Origin: Octopus vulgaris
Taxonomy: Eukaryota
Assembly: GCA_951406725.2 (NCBI GenBank)
Contig: OX597836.1
Location: forward strand, 24,056,001 to 24,120,000
Length of the DNA stretch: 64,000 nucleotides
Reading direction: 5' to 3'
Positions 1 to 12,334 of the stretch are shown here, in pieces (position 1 is the first letter of the stretch; each line of letters starts with the position of its first letter). The notes under the pieces were generated by a model, which saw nothing but the letters and a program-made list of their open reading frames with translations, was not told the origin of the DNA and did not search any database. The position numbers and the translations under genes are program-made.

Positions 1-66
<66 letters not shown>

Positions 67-144
67 TGTATGTATGTATGTATGTATATATATATATATA
101 CATATATATACATACATGTATATGCACACACATACACACGCATA

Positions 145-176
<32 letters not shown>
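1..176. repeat. (TA)n/(TATG)n compound microsatellite
   Basis: Directly visible tandem repeats. Confidence 0.95.
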
Positions 177-862
177 AAGGGTGACAATAAAGTCACTAAA
201 TAGTTATAATAAAAAAAACAAAGCAGAATCAGAAGAGAAGCAAAGAAATATACACGATACAGAAACAGGTTCACGACTGTAGCTTATAAATCATCAAAGT
301 AGCTTATCGGAAGTTAATCTGACCAATGAGAGAACTTTACTACTTTAAAATATTAAAACCACCGTAGTTCCTGTTTTACAAGAAAAAGATGATTTCTATG
401 AACATTACTTTCAACAGGATGAGACACCGTCACATTTGCTCTCAAAGTAAGAAATTATGTTGATGCAACATTTCCAGGAAGATGGCTAGGACGATGTGGC
501 AGCGTTGAGTGGCTTCCTTGCCCCGATTTGACCCCGATGGATTTCACTATGTGGGGAATTATCAAACTTTCCGATTTTGCAAAAGAAACCGGGAAATATC
601 GATGACCTCAAGCAATTTATTCCTAATGCATTTGCAAATTTAAGCCGCCAGAACCATTTGTGTCGTTACTTTGTCGAAGCGTTCTCTTACGCTGCAAGGA
701 ATGCAATGAAGCAGGTGGCTTACAGTTCAAATAGTATCGGTAACTCATTTACTATTGTTCTACCATAGCATTTTATTGTTATTTACCAAAATTAACAGGA
801 CTGTTGATTACTTGGTTTATCTTAACTGATATTATAAGTAACTGTATAGGGAGTTTACTGCC

Positions 863-868
<6 letters not shown>
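177..868 (+). mobile_element. Internally deleted Tc1/mariner element, DD41D (rosa-like)
   Basis: Imperfect TIRs AGGGTGACAATAAAGTCACTAAATAGTTA and revcomp AGGGTGGCAGTAAACTCCCTATACAGTTA, both flanked by TA. The interior reads, with a frameshift, YFQQDETPSH-ALKVRNYVDATFPGRWLGRCGSVEW..PDLTPMDFTMWGIIK. Confidence 0.8.
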
Positions 869-959
<91 letters not shown>

Positions 960-1182
960 TATATATATACGTATATATATATTCATATATATATACGTAT
1001 ATATATATATATATATATGTATATGTATGTGTGTATATATATATATACATATACATATATATATGTATATATATATATATGTGTATATATATATGTATAT
1101 ACATATACACATACACACACATGTATGTATATATATATCCATATACATACATACACACACGCACACACTCACACATATATAT
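869..1182. repeat. (TA)n/(TATG/CATA)n microsatellite
   Basis: Visible; source of the spurious YI-repeat ORFs. Confidence 0.95.
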
Positions 1183-2497
1183 GGAAATAAAGGGAACATA
1201 AGGAAACTGATTATGAATATTAACACGGATCTCAAGGGAGCTTTCCGCATACTTATTACAAACGCGGTATGATCTTACACATGTAACATGATTGGAATAT
1301 TTATTCATCAACTCCTAGCAGTAACCCCTACACATTCAGAATTCCATCTATGAAAACGCGTATGTACGCTCACTCACTCACTCTCACATACACATACACA
1401 TATACATACGTACATACATAGATTCATATATATTCACATCCGCGTGCATACTCTCACATATGTACACACACCTCCAGACACAAACACTCACCCACACATA
1501 CATACAAATACACCTACATGCACCCATATTTTCCGCTTTACACACACGCAAGCAAACAAACAAGGGTTAGCAGCAACAGATTTTAAATTCAATGACAGTG
1601 GGAGATTGTTCTGCTAAACTGCAGAATATATTTTGCTTGCATCTGGTAAATACACCAACTTCAGAGTTACTGTCGACTTTAGGCAATGAGGGGCCACCTA
1701 TATAGTAATGTGTTTGACAGAATATGTAACAAATTCTTCATGCAATTTCTATTGGTAGAAGAATAGTATGTTTTAGTGTAGGTTCTTCAAACACCGTCGG
1801 GACCTCCCGGACTGATGCAGGAGCATTAAGGTATGCTTAACAGTAGGGTATATGGAATATAGATTAAATGTATTTGAGTTCTGCATCTGACCATGCAAAT
1901 CTTGGTACATTAAATAAATATAGTGAAGATTTGAATATTATTTGGTAGAAATATTCTCAAAAATAAGCTTATGTGTCTATTTTCTTCATTAGGCAACTGT
2001 TTCATACTTGCTTTTTCTATTTTGTCTCCTCTTTCTTTTCGCGCACGGTTTCGTTGTATATTTCTTTGACAAGCAAAGAAACGAATAATCTATTTAGGAA
2101 ATACATTATTGAAGTCCCACCAACTGTTACGAGTGATTAATTAACTCATTAATTGTATGATTGATATCTAATCAGCTTCGTTATGTTGAACATGATTCGA
2201 CTTCATGTGTCGTCCTAATAATCCGCTGATCAGTAATAGTGTAGAAAATGAGTAACCGATGATGTGCAAGTTATTAGATCTGCATCAATGGAACTGAAAG
2301 TTTTCCAAGACGGTGTTCTACAAGATGATTTTCTTAACTGCATCTTAATATTGATAGTAAATGTCTTTTCTTCTCTTTCAATTCTAATCTGCGCTTTATG
2401 ATGCACCTCTCTTTTCAAATATCCTGTGAACGTCAATATCATATGGTGTGAATGTATGTATCTACCTATCTATGTAGCTAGCAAGCTACATAGATAC

Positions 2498-2636
<139 letters not shown>

Positions 2637-2854
2637 ATATGTATGTACGTATGTATGTATATATGTATGTATGTATATATATATATATATCAATATAAGG
2701 GTAGCAAAAAATTCAATAGAAATTCTTTCGCGACCAGCGGTCTAGTGAGAAAGAAAAAAATTGTCAACAGACTTTGTTGGCATCCTTTCTGTCTCGGGAG
2801 ACAATGGAGTTGCGCATGATATATAGTCAACAGACTATATAATGTACATTCAAC

Positions 2855-3023
2855 AATAATATTAAGGAATGGCCTTAATAGGCCATTCAACTCACTTAAA
2901 CGAGCAGTTAAACTCAAACCGCTAAATAGTAGTAATTAAGAATTACTACTATTTAGCGGTTTGAGTTTAGCTGCTCGTTTTAGTGAGTTGAATGGCCTAT
3001 TAAGGCCATTCCTTAATATTATT
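2855..3023. repeat. Near-perfect 169-bp palindrome (83-bp arms, 3-nt loop)
   Basis: Arms 2855-2937 and 2941-3023 are reverse complements with 2 mismatches. Confidence 0.95.
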
Positions 3024-3041
3024 ATTATTATTATTATTATT

Positions 3042-3081
<40 letters not shown>

Positions 3082-3448
3082 ATCACGTGACCGACCAGAC
3101 CATCAGATGTTTTACACATCGCTGGTCACAATGCGTTCGCACTGTTTTAGCCTTCAAATGACGCCACCCCGCTGGCTAAGGGAGCAGGCCATATATATAT
3201 ATATACACATATATGCGTGAGTCGTCTAAAAGACCATAGGTCAGGGAAAACATGAACTCGTATATCTGTCAGTAGAGTGAGTGTATTATCCGAAAAGTAT
3301 AGTATTAAATATCCATCACAACTGTTCTTAGAAATCAGTTTCGCGAAAAGAATACAATGGAGTCTTAGGTAACAGTCCGATTATATAACTTTACACTCAT
3401 CACTTTTCGGATAATATATATATATATACATACATACATACATACATA

Positions 3449-3449
3449 T

Positions 3450-3498
<49 letters not shown>

Positions 3499-3515
3499 CA
3501 GATAGACAGATAGAC

Positions 3516-3605
<90 letters not shown>
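3449..3605. repeat. (GATA)n/(GACA)n microsatellite
   Basis: Visible tandem repeat; similar arrays at about 4213-4332, 15860-16010, 16532-16670, 37448-37532 and 38805-38975. Confidence 0.95.
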
Positions 3606-3606
<1 letters not shown>

Positions 3607-4054
3607 AATAAGTGAAAGAGTTGGTATGTGAAAGCACGTGGCTGGATGTATAAAAGATTAAATAAAGTGAAACAACTACACAAGGCTTGTGTTATATGGT
3701 CAAAGAATATATTTAAATCGTTATGTTAAAAAAATATAATAGAATCAACGGTGGTGCCCCAGCATGGCTGCAGTCTTCGGCTGAAACATTTTTAAGGATT
3801 TAGAATGTTGCTTATAGTAACATTGTTTTGGGAGAATAACCAGTTTCGTACTTTCTTTTCAAATTTCTCAAATCTCTTCGCTATGTTGTGAAATATGGAC
3901 TTCCAGACAGAGGAATGTCATCAGTTATTTTTCGGTATAAGGGAGATAATAAAAAATGTTGGGAATGAGTAGATTTTATTAATTTAACATGATTTGATTT
4001 AGAAAGAATAGAAAGTTACAAGTGGTTAGGTTTTGCTTTATATATAAATATACG

Positions 4055-4212
4055 ATAGGTATTTTCAGTTTCCATCTACCAAATCCGCGTATGAGGCTTT
4101 GGTCAGACCTAGGTTATAGTAGAAGACATTTGCTCAAGATGCCATGCAGTGGGACTGAACTCGGTACCATGTGCTTGGGAAGCATACTTGTTATCACACA
4201 GCCATGCCTGCG
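4055..4212 (-). mobile_element. SINE family B, 5' (tRNA+CORE) part
   Basis: Reverse complement matches the heads of full copies at 34352 and 59903. Confidence 0.85.
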
Positions 4213-4229
4213 TAGATAGATAGACAGAC

Positions 4230-4333
<104 letters not shown>

Positions 4334-5434
4334 GCATATATACTATCTTTAGATGAGAGCGTATACTGGTGTGTACAATATGGAGTTTCACTGCCGAATA
4401 TTATAACAGTTATACATTATGATTGTTTCTACATTAATAGCAGTCTTTGTCAGTCCAATAAACAAATAGTAGATAAAACTGTCCCACCGTTACTGGCGCT
4501 AAACTCGTTCTCGAAATCCTAACAACTAATCCAATAAACGCAACTTATTTCGGGAGATAAAGATAAAAGAAAGCTGAGTAGTCAATAGCTTATTGACATT
4601 GCACTAGTCTACACCTTATGTCAAAAGGATCTGCTTAGAGAATTACAATTACCAACTTTAATCTTGTCAAGGTTGACGTATGTTCTTATCCCACTGGAAT
4701 CAATAACTTATGTGAAGTTTATTTACGAAGATAAGTTATCAAAACATTACCAAACTATACTTAGCGGTAGCGTACCAGGATATTTAGTACTGAGTCTCCC
4801 ATACTTCTGGGACACATCACACACTCTCGCACGCGCATACACACATGCACACACAGACATACACACACACACACACACACATATACACACGCACATCACA
4901 CACACACACATACATACACACACGTACAAAGCACATTCACATACGCACACACGTATACGTACCCCCATACACCCAAAAATTTATATGTATCGACAAAGAC
5001 GCATACTTTTACAAATACGCATACGTACACATATGTATATACATACGCATAGATACACACACACACATACAGAGGTATATTGATATTTGTTGTACACCCG
5101 TGTATGTGTGTGTATGTGTGTGTGTGTGTCTATGCATGTATGTATATGTCTGCGTATGCACACGCACACACACACACACACACGCACGCACACACACAAA
5201 CACACACACATATACATTTTCCACAGCGGGTATTACCTTTCCTCGATCCAGAGAACCACCTACTCATTGAGATAGAGTGTAAATGGCATAATACTATTTA
5301 GATAAGGTGTAACTTAATGCAATTCTCTTGTAGATGTAATGTGACATAGCGTGACAAAAGGGACAGCAAAACCAGGGCGGGGCAGGTATCTCAAATCATT
5401 TAGAATATCTAATTAGGATAAGGTGAATTTAAAG

Positions 5435-5508
5435 TCTTACAGCTGTTTCCGGAATATCCCAAGTGATAGGCTAGCATGTTCGTACACTGGACTTTTCGTC
5501 ATCAGAGA
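5435..5508 (-). ncRNA. Minimal type I hammerhead ribozyme motif in a PLE-like fragment
   Basis: Minus strand reads UCU-CUGAUGA-CGAAAAGUCCAGUG...CACUUGGGAUAUUCCG-GAA-ACAGCUGU-A-AGA: full core, palindromic stem III, GUA site, 3-bp stem I. Confidence 0.7.
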
Positions 5509-6017
5509 GAATGTGAGTATGTATGAAAGATCTAGACAGGGAAATTCACAGTTTATAAGGAATAAAATAGTAGATAGAAGAATAAAGTGTAAAATGGTAT
5601 ATAGAAGAATACAGAGAGGAGAATATATAAAGTTCACAGCTCATCTTCTTCAAGACAGTATGGAGGCTGGTCAGTATTTCCATGAAGGTATAAGCCTTTA
5701 GGTATAATCCCAAGTAAATTCGATTCTGAATATTCCGTTGCTTCATCACCTGAATTACTTGCTAGTGAATTAATGTATAAGCAGCTGGGTATTTCACAGA
5801 CACGTATACCCTTGAAGCAATAAGCAGCTGGTATGAAAAGTAATTTCTGACAGGTCTGGGTTTGTCAATTATTGTCAATGTATCCTGGTTCCACACAATT
5901 TCCATTTATTCAGTTTCGCTCACAGGGCTTAGATTGAAACAAGAGTATGGTCAAATAACACTTACTTAACTTCAGCTTTATATAGAGAGAGATATACATT
6001 CATGCATATACATATAT

Positions 6018-6068
<51 letters not shown>

Positions 6069-6381
6069 CGATATATATATATATATATATATAATCAATC
6101 AAGATTCAAGTGAATCAGGCACCGGGTCAGGTCGAAAAGTAAAATGTGTACACAATAAAAAGAAGAATACATACGCGGGTACCGAAGTACAGGCAGACAT
6201 ATTCAGGTTATGTATACAACTAACTGTAACCAACTGAGTATATCAATAGCCTTGAGAGTAATCAAGAAACGCACGTTGTACTAAATGTACAATTCGTAAT
6301 ATACTTCGGATCTACACAAGTAGCAGGTTCCAAGTGATGCGAATGACAAATGAATAACAGCAGATGGATAATGTGTCAATC

Positions 6382-6460
6382 CACTACAGCTGTTTCTAAA
6401 GAATTTTTAATTGATTAATGGAGACATTGTGCTATTAAAAAATACCTTTTTCATCAGGTG
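6382..6460 (-). ncRNA. Minimal type I hammerhead ribozyme motif
   Basis: Minus strand reads CAC-CUGAUGA-(AU-rich imperfect stem II)-GAA-ACAGCUGU-A-GUG. A decayed inverted copy lies at about 6585-6688. Confidence 0.65.
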
Positions 6461-6909
6461 AGTACATGAATCACAACATTAAAAAACATTCAAAAGCCAA
6501 CGGCATGTACACCCTTATGATTCTATGACCCTTACAGATCATAGGTTCTATGACCAGCAAAGTTCATAAAAACATGAAGGTGAACATGCCGATGGCGGTT
6601 TTTTCTAATAGTGTAATGTCTTCATTAATCAATTAAAAATTTGTTGCAAAACAGTTGCAGTGGATTAAAACATTATCCATCAGTTGTTGTATGTGTGCAT
6701 GTACGTATGTATGTATGTATGTATACCATTGGCTATAGATATTTTCAAATATTCGTGATTCTAATTTTCAGAACTTGCTGGAATACACGAATAACAATTG
6801 CATATTGCTGACGCGCATTGGTCGAAAGCATGGACGCAGATTTTCCATTTAACATACACGCACCCAGACAGACAGACAGACACATAAAAGCGCGCACACA
6901 CGCAAACAC

Positions 6910-6963
<54 letters not shown>

Positions 6964-7080
6964 CACGCACATACACATATGAAGAAAACTAGTGGAAAAA
7001 GCAATAGTTAATAACGAGCATCTAATAGATATTTATGGGCCATTCCATAGAATAATATAAGAATATATATATACATATAT

Positions 7081-7968
7081 ATTGGGTCATCCCATAAATA
7101 ATGCGGTTTTTTCAATTGCATGAGCTAAAGAGGGACGGGATATCTACCTACATCAACTTGTTATAAAAGCAGGTAGTAATTTTACCTTGACTTATTCTTA
7201 GTGAAAGTTTTGGAGAATGCAGTTCGATTTTAGCAGTTAATTTTTCAGTTATAATGGAATTGACAAAACAGTATATTCGGTATATTTCATTTTATGAGCT
7301 CAATAAAGGCAATAGTGCAACGGAAAATGCGAGGAATATTAATGCAGCGCATGGGATCGGACAATAAGCAAAAATCAGTTTCAACGATGGTTCCAAAAAT
7401 TCCGAACTGGAAACTACAGCCTAGAAGTCGAGCCTCGTCCTGAAAGATTTGTATAGCTTGACAAGGATGTCCTGCAAACCCTGGTGGTACAAAATTCCAT
7501 TGTAACTGTTGAGGGACTAGCATAAACGCTTGGATTTGGTCATTCAACCATTCATCGACAACTGCATGCTATTGTAAAATTCAGCAAATTGGGTCAATGT
7601 GTTTCTCACAAACTTTCCGAGTCTGTTCGCGTGCAGAGGGTGAGTGTGTGCTTCTCTTTGCTGTCACGTCTCACGAATGAACCTTTTTCGGACCGAATAG
7701 TGACTGGTGAAATGGGTTCTCTAAAAAAATGAAGTGCTGAAGACAGTGGGCAAGGAAAGGAGAAACACTTGCACCCCAGGCTAAAGAAGGTCTTCACCCA
7801 CGCAAGGTGTTGTTATCTGTTTGGTGGGACATGAAAGGTTTAGTCCACTTTGAACTTTTAAACCTGAACCAAACGATAACAAAGGTCTACTGCGAGCAGC
7901 TTAAGCGGTTTAACTCAGCGCTACAAGAGAAACGACCATCTTTGTTTTCAAGGCGAAAGGTGTTCTTC
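7081..7968 (+). mobile_element. Mariner transposon, 3'-truncated, pseudogenised
   Basis: 5' TIR-like ATTGGGTCATCCCATAAATAATGCGG next to TA. Frames give MELTKQYIRYISFYELNKGNSATENARNIN, DRIVTGE and LHPRKVLLSVWWDMKGLVHFELL..YCEQL, with stops and frameshifts. Confidence 0.9.
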
Positions 7969-8195
7969 CCTATTACTATAATGGGCGTTATATCCGTCTG
8001 TGTGTCTGTGCCCTAATTCACGGTCAAACGGCTGGACCACTGGTCACGATGCTATTCGGTATTACGAAGGAGGTAATCAGATGGTTTCTAGCGGAAAAAA
8101 AAAACGAGAAAAAGTATGATTATTTAATGGATATTGAGTTTTGTATTAATAAATCACCTTTGGCTTGCTTTGTTAAAATTCCGGCAACAAAGATT
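7969..8195 (+). mobile_element. Probable non-autonomous Helitron/DINE-like fragment truncating the mariner
   Basis: CTATTACTATAAT...GTCTGTGTGTCTGT...AAACGGCTGGACCA resembles Helitron-derived 5' ends; motif recognition only. Confidence 0.4.
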
Positions 8196-8256
8196 AACTC
8201 AGGATCCATACATGCATACATACATACTTAGATACATACATACATACATACATACA

Positions 8257-8290
<34 letters not shown>

Positions 8291-8312
8291 CATACACACA
8301 TACATATATACA

Positions 8313-8600
8313 TAGAACACCTAAAGCTCTACGAGGCTCCGGCAGGGGATGGTGGTGATCCCTGCTGTACTCTTTCACCACAACTTTCTCTCACTCTTAC
8401 TTCCTCTTTCTGTTGTACCTGTATTTCAAAGGGCCGGCCTTGTCACTCTCTGTGTCACGCTGAATATCCCCGAGAACTACGTTAAGGGTACACGTGTCTG
8501 TGGAGTGCTCAGCCACTTACACGTTAATTTCACGAGCAGGCTGTTCCGTTGATTCGGATCAACCGGAACCCTCGTCGTCGTAACCGACGGAGTGCTTCCA
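8313..8600 (+). mobile_element. SINE family C (5'-truncated) with RTE-like 3' tail
   Basis: Non-coding and more GC-rich. Tail CGTCGTCGTAACCGACGGAGTGC resembles the RTE 3' end at 30271-30305; a decayed fragment lies at about 5785-5815 (minus). Confidence 0.55.
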
Positions 8601-9571
8601 AAAGTATACATACACGTATATATTCCTATTTTTATATTCGTGTAAATATGTGGGTGGTGATGGAGTGAGTGTATGACTGAGTGTGTCCGTGCGTGTGGAT
8701 GTGTGTGAGTGTGTAATCACGCACAGACACTCTCGCGCAAGGTAATGTACAGAAGAATAAGAGCTTATCCGGTCTATTAATTTCGTTAACATTGACTCGT
8801 AGTACGTTTCAGGTCAGGAAAAGCTGACCTTTGTTTCACAACTACTTATGTTGCGCAACCACATATGTGTGCAAATGATCGTAGCAACAACATTCACATA
8901 CGTATATATGTATTTATGTATGTGCGTGTGTATAGACGTCCATATGTGGATGTGTGTATGTAAGATGTAAGTGTATATACATTCATACTCACACACACAC
9001 ACATATGCTTGTATATTCAAATGTTTAAAGGCCGGCAACGTATCGAATGGAGTATTAATAGGTCAAAGGTATTTAAAATGACATTTTTAACGCCCTCATT
9101 GCTCCTGACCTTTGTAAACATCCCAGACTTGTGCGTTTATTGCGGATGACATCCAATTGGAACATCTGTAAGTTAAATTTGAGCAGGGTCGTAATGCGGG
9201 AGAATTTTGGCTCTGTTGCGAATGATCACGATATATGTGGAAGTGAAGCAAATAAAGAGTAATGGGAATGGAAATGACTGGGCAAACGCACTATTCAGTT
9301 AGCTAATTAACAGGCACAACAACTGTAATAATTGTAGAAGAAAGAGCAAGTCTGTCAACCGTCTGATGATTGCATTTTATCATCACCCGAATGACAATTT
9401 TGACGTTGTCCAGGGAGTATGTCTGTGGAGCAGCCGCGTAGTTTTAGATATATTAGCAATAGATTAATATTCGTCGAAATTTAAGATTGCAGAAGGTCAT
9501 CATTTAAACAGTAACTGATAGTGAATCAATAGCTTTAGCTTTGTGTGCCACATGTGGGAATTCTCTATATC

Positions 9572-9802
9572 TGTTTCTTTATTGCCCACGAGGGGCTAAA
9601 CACAGAGAGGACAAACAAGGACAGACAAACGGATTAAGTCGATTATATCGACCCCAGTGCGTAACTGGTACTTAATTTATCGACCCCGAAAAGATGAAAG
9701 GCAAAGTCGACCTCGGCGGAATTTGAACTCAGAACGCAACGACAGACGCAATACCGCTAAGCATTTCGCCCGGTGTGCTAACGTTTCTGCCAGCTCGCCG
9801 CC
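9572..9802 (-). mobile_element. SINE family A (tRNA head + Nin-like domain), full length, 15-bp TSD
   Basis: Matches copies at 47857 and 50259. TSD GGAATTCTCTATATC at 9557-9571 and 9803-9817. Confidence 0.92.
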
Positions 9803-10124
9803 GGAATTCTCTATATCAGTCGGGTTTGTATAGTAAAACATAATTTATTTCACTTTCGACGTTACAATATTTTTGTATCCCGTGTTCAGAAACTCCAAAA
9901 CACATGTATCTTTTAAAAAGATTAAGGTCGATGTATTATTATAATTACCAAAAGAGTAGAAACTGTAAAATTAGAAAAGAACTGGAATAGTTACTACTCT
10001 TTACCTAAGGAACTCACATCCAGTGAGATTGACTTTTCATTTATTCCTTTGGGATATACGTATGTATGTATGTATGTATGTATGTATGTATGTATGTATG
10101 TATGTATGTATGTATGTACGTACG

Positions 10125-10812
10125 CCTGCATCTGCAGGCATCAGTTCACTTAAATCAATAATCTTGAAAAATCAAATCAGATGGTCTGGCCACATTATTC
10201 GAATGGCACTCCCAAACAGGTGTTTTATAGCGAACTTGCAGAAGGGAAACGCGATCAATCCAAACCTAAAATGAGGTTTAAGGATTGTATAAAGACGAAC
10301 ATGAAGTCACTAGAAAATGATCCGAAAGCCATAAAAACTCTTGCTTCGGATTGCGTTGGATGGTAAACAAAAGTGTGGAGTGGAGTGAAATCTTTTGAAG
10401 AAATAAAGATGACCCATGCAAAACTCAAGAGAGATTTAAAGAAAATGCTACGATCAACAAGAAAATGAATCCCAGCAATCTTTTTGTATGCACAATTTAT
10501 GACAGACCATATCTTTCTTTTGTTGGGCTCAAAACTCATTTGCAGACCCATACAAAACGAACCTCCACAAACTACTCTGCCTATCTGTGCATACTTGTCA
10601 ATGCCGTGTCTGCCATAAGATCTGAAAATCTAACAGAGGCCTCAAAACACATTTTAAGAAACACAAATATCAGAACCTAAATGTAGTTCTTAGTTCAAAG
10701 AAAATGTGAAATTTATGTGGGTCTCTTTTCAAAATATTGTTTTGTTTAAAAGGCCACATCAAACGTTGGACGGAAAAATAGATCTAAGACACTGCATAAG
10801 GAGTAGACACCC
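10125..10812 (+). mobile_element. RTE-clade LINE 3' fragment with C2H2-like C-terminus
   Basis: ILKNQIRWSGHIIRM..PKQVFYSELAEGKRDQSKPKMRFKDCIK; FVCTIYDRPYLSFVGLKTHLQTH. Confidence 0.85.
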
Positions 10813-10849
10813 ACCATGTATGTATATATGTATGTACGTATGTATGTGC

Positions 10850-11740
10850 ACTACCTTCAAACATGTAGTCAACCCCTCTTACCAGTTATGCTGATAATAT
10901 AACAATATCACAAGCAATGAAGAACACTGAAGATACCTCAAAACTGCAGAAAGATTCAAACTCAGTATATATGTGGGCTGAAGAAAACAATGTACAGTTC
11001 AATGCTAACTGTATATAATGCCCACAAACAGACAGCAATCATAATATACAGAAATAAGGAGTATTGAAATCTCAAAGATAGATTCGGTGCATGAGCTAGG
11101 AATACACGAAAGCGGTGATGCATCATTCAATGTGCATATCACAAAAATGACAATAATGTGCAGGCCAATGACTGGTTAGATTTCGAGATTACTTGTTTCA
11201 ATTATGGTCGCCACAAATCATGAAATTAACGAAAGAACTCAAGACAACTCAACGCCACTGTACCAAAATAATTGCCTTACTGGAACAGATGAACTACCGC
11301 GGAAGGTTAAAAGAGTCCAAGCTATAATTTCTTGAGAGGAGACGCGAAAGGTTTGCAGTAGTATATATTATGGGAGATCTTACAAGGACCAATACCCAAC
11401 TTTGGGGTTGAAACTATACCAATCACCGGATATGACGCCATAGTATAGTACCAAAGATCTTCCCAGCTCCGTTCGCAGTAAGAAGCAATGCAAGGGTTCA
11501 AAAGCCCAAAACTGTTCAATACTCTTCTAAATTACCTCAAGAATCTACTAGGCGTAAATATGCATGTGCTCAAATAATTGGACAAATATACATGATGAAC
11601 CTATGCCACAGCAAGAACGGGAAAGAAGGTCAGCTCTGTCCACATCATTACTTTACTAGAAAAATCACTTTATAGTAAACAAGCATCATTGCAAATGGCG
11701 TGCTCCAATATTACCCAACCTCTGTCTGAAACTGATAACG
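10850..11740 (+). mobile_element. CR1-clade LINE RT/3' fragment, decayed
   Basis: SYADNITISQAMKNTEDTSKLQKDSNSVYMWAEENNVQFNA (YADD-like), later LNYRGRLK and GPIPNFG; tail resembles the SINE B tail. Confidence 0.75.
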
Positions 11741-11997
11741 GAATATAAGTATATGTCTGTTTTTAAATTGTGTTAGGGAGAATGTAGATACTTGTTTATT
11801 CAAATAATGGAACTCACAAGATCAGTCTTGTTTCCTTCAAATTTTGAAATCATCCGTCAGCCTCAAATAATTTCGGAAGATACACAAATTAGTCTTTTAT
11901 GTGGGTGGCCTCATCTGAGTAAACAAATACATTTATGAATTTGTATATACATATACACACGTGCACGCACACATACCTACATACACGCACACGCAAG

Positions 11998-12057
<60 letters not shown>

Positions 12058-12334
12058 CCAGGCAAAATAAAACGGTCGAATTCAGTGCTGAAACATGCGA
12101 GGGTATGGAAAAAATATACTTGGGGATATGTCAAAAGGGAAATAAGTTGCAACATAAAAATATAATAATATATATATCTTGGCCGATAAAAAGGCATATG
12201 TGTAGATGGAAGTATAAAATCGGGTATCGCTTATTAATATCTATTCAAATTCAAAATTTAAATAGAAAAATACATCCAATATATTCGAAGTTATGATATA
12301 AATAGTAAAACATATGCAATAGCAAAAAATAGCA

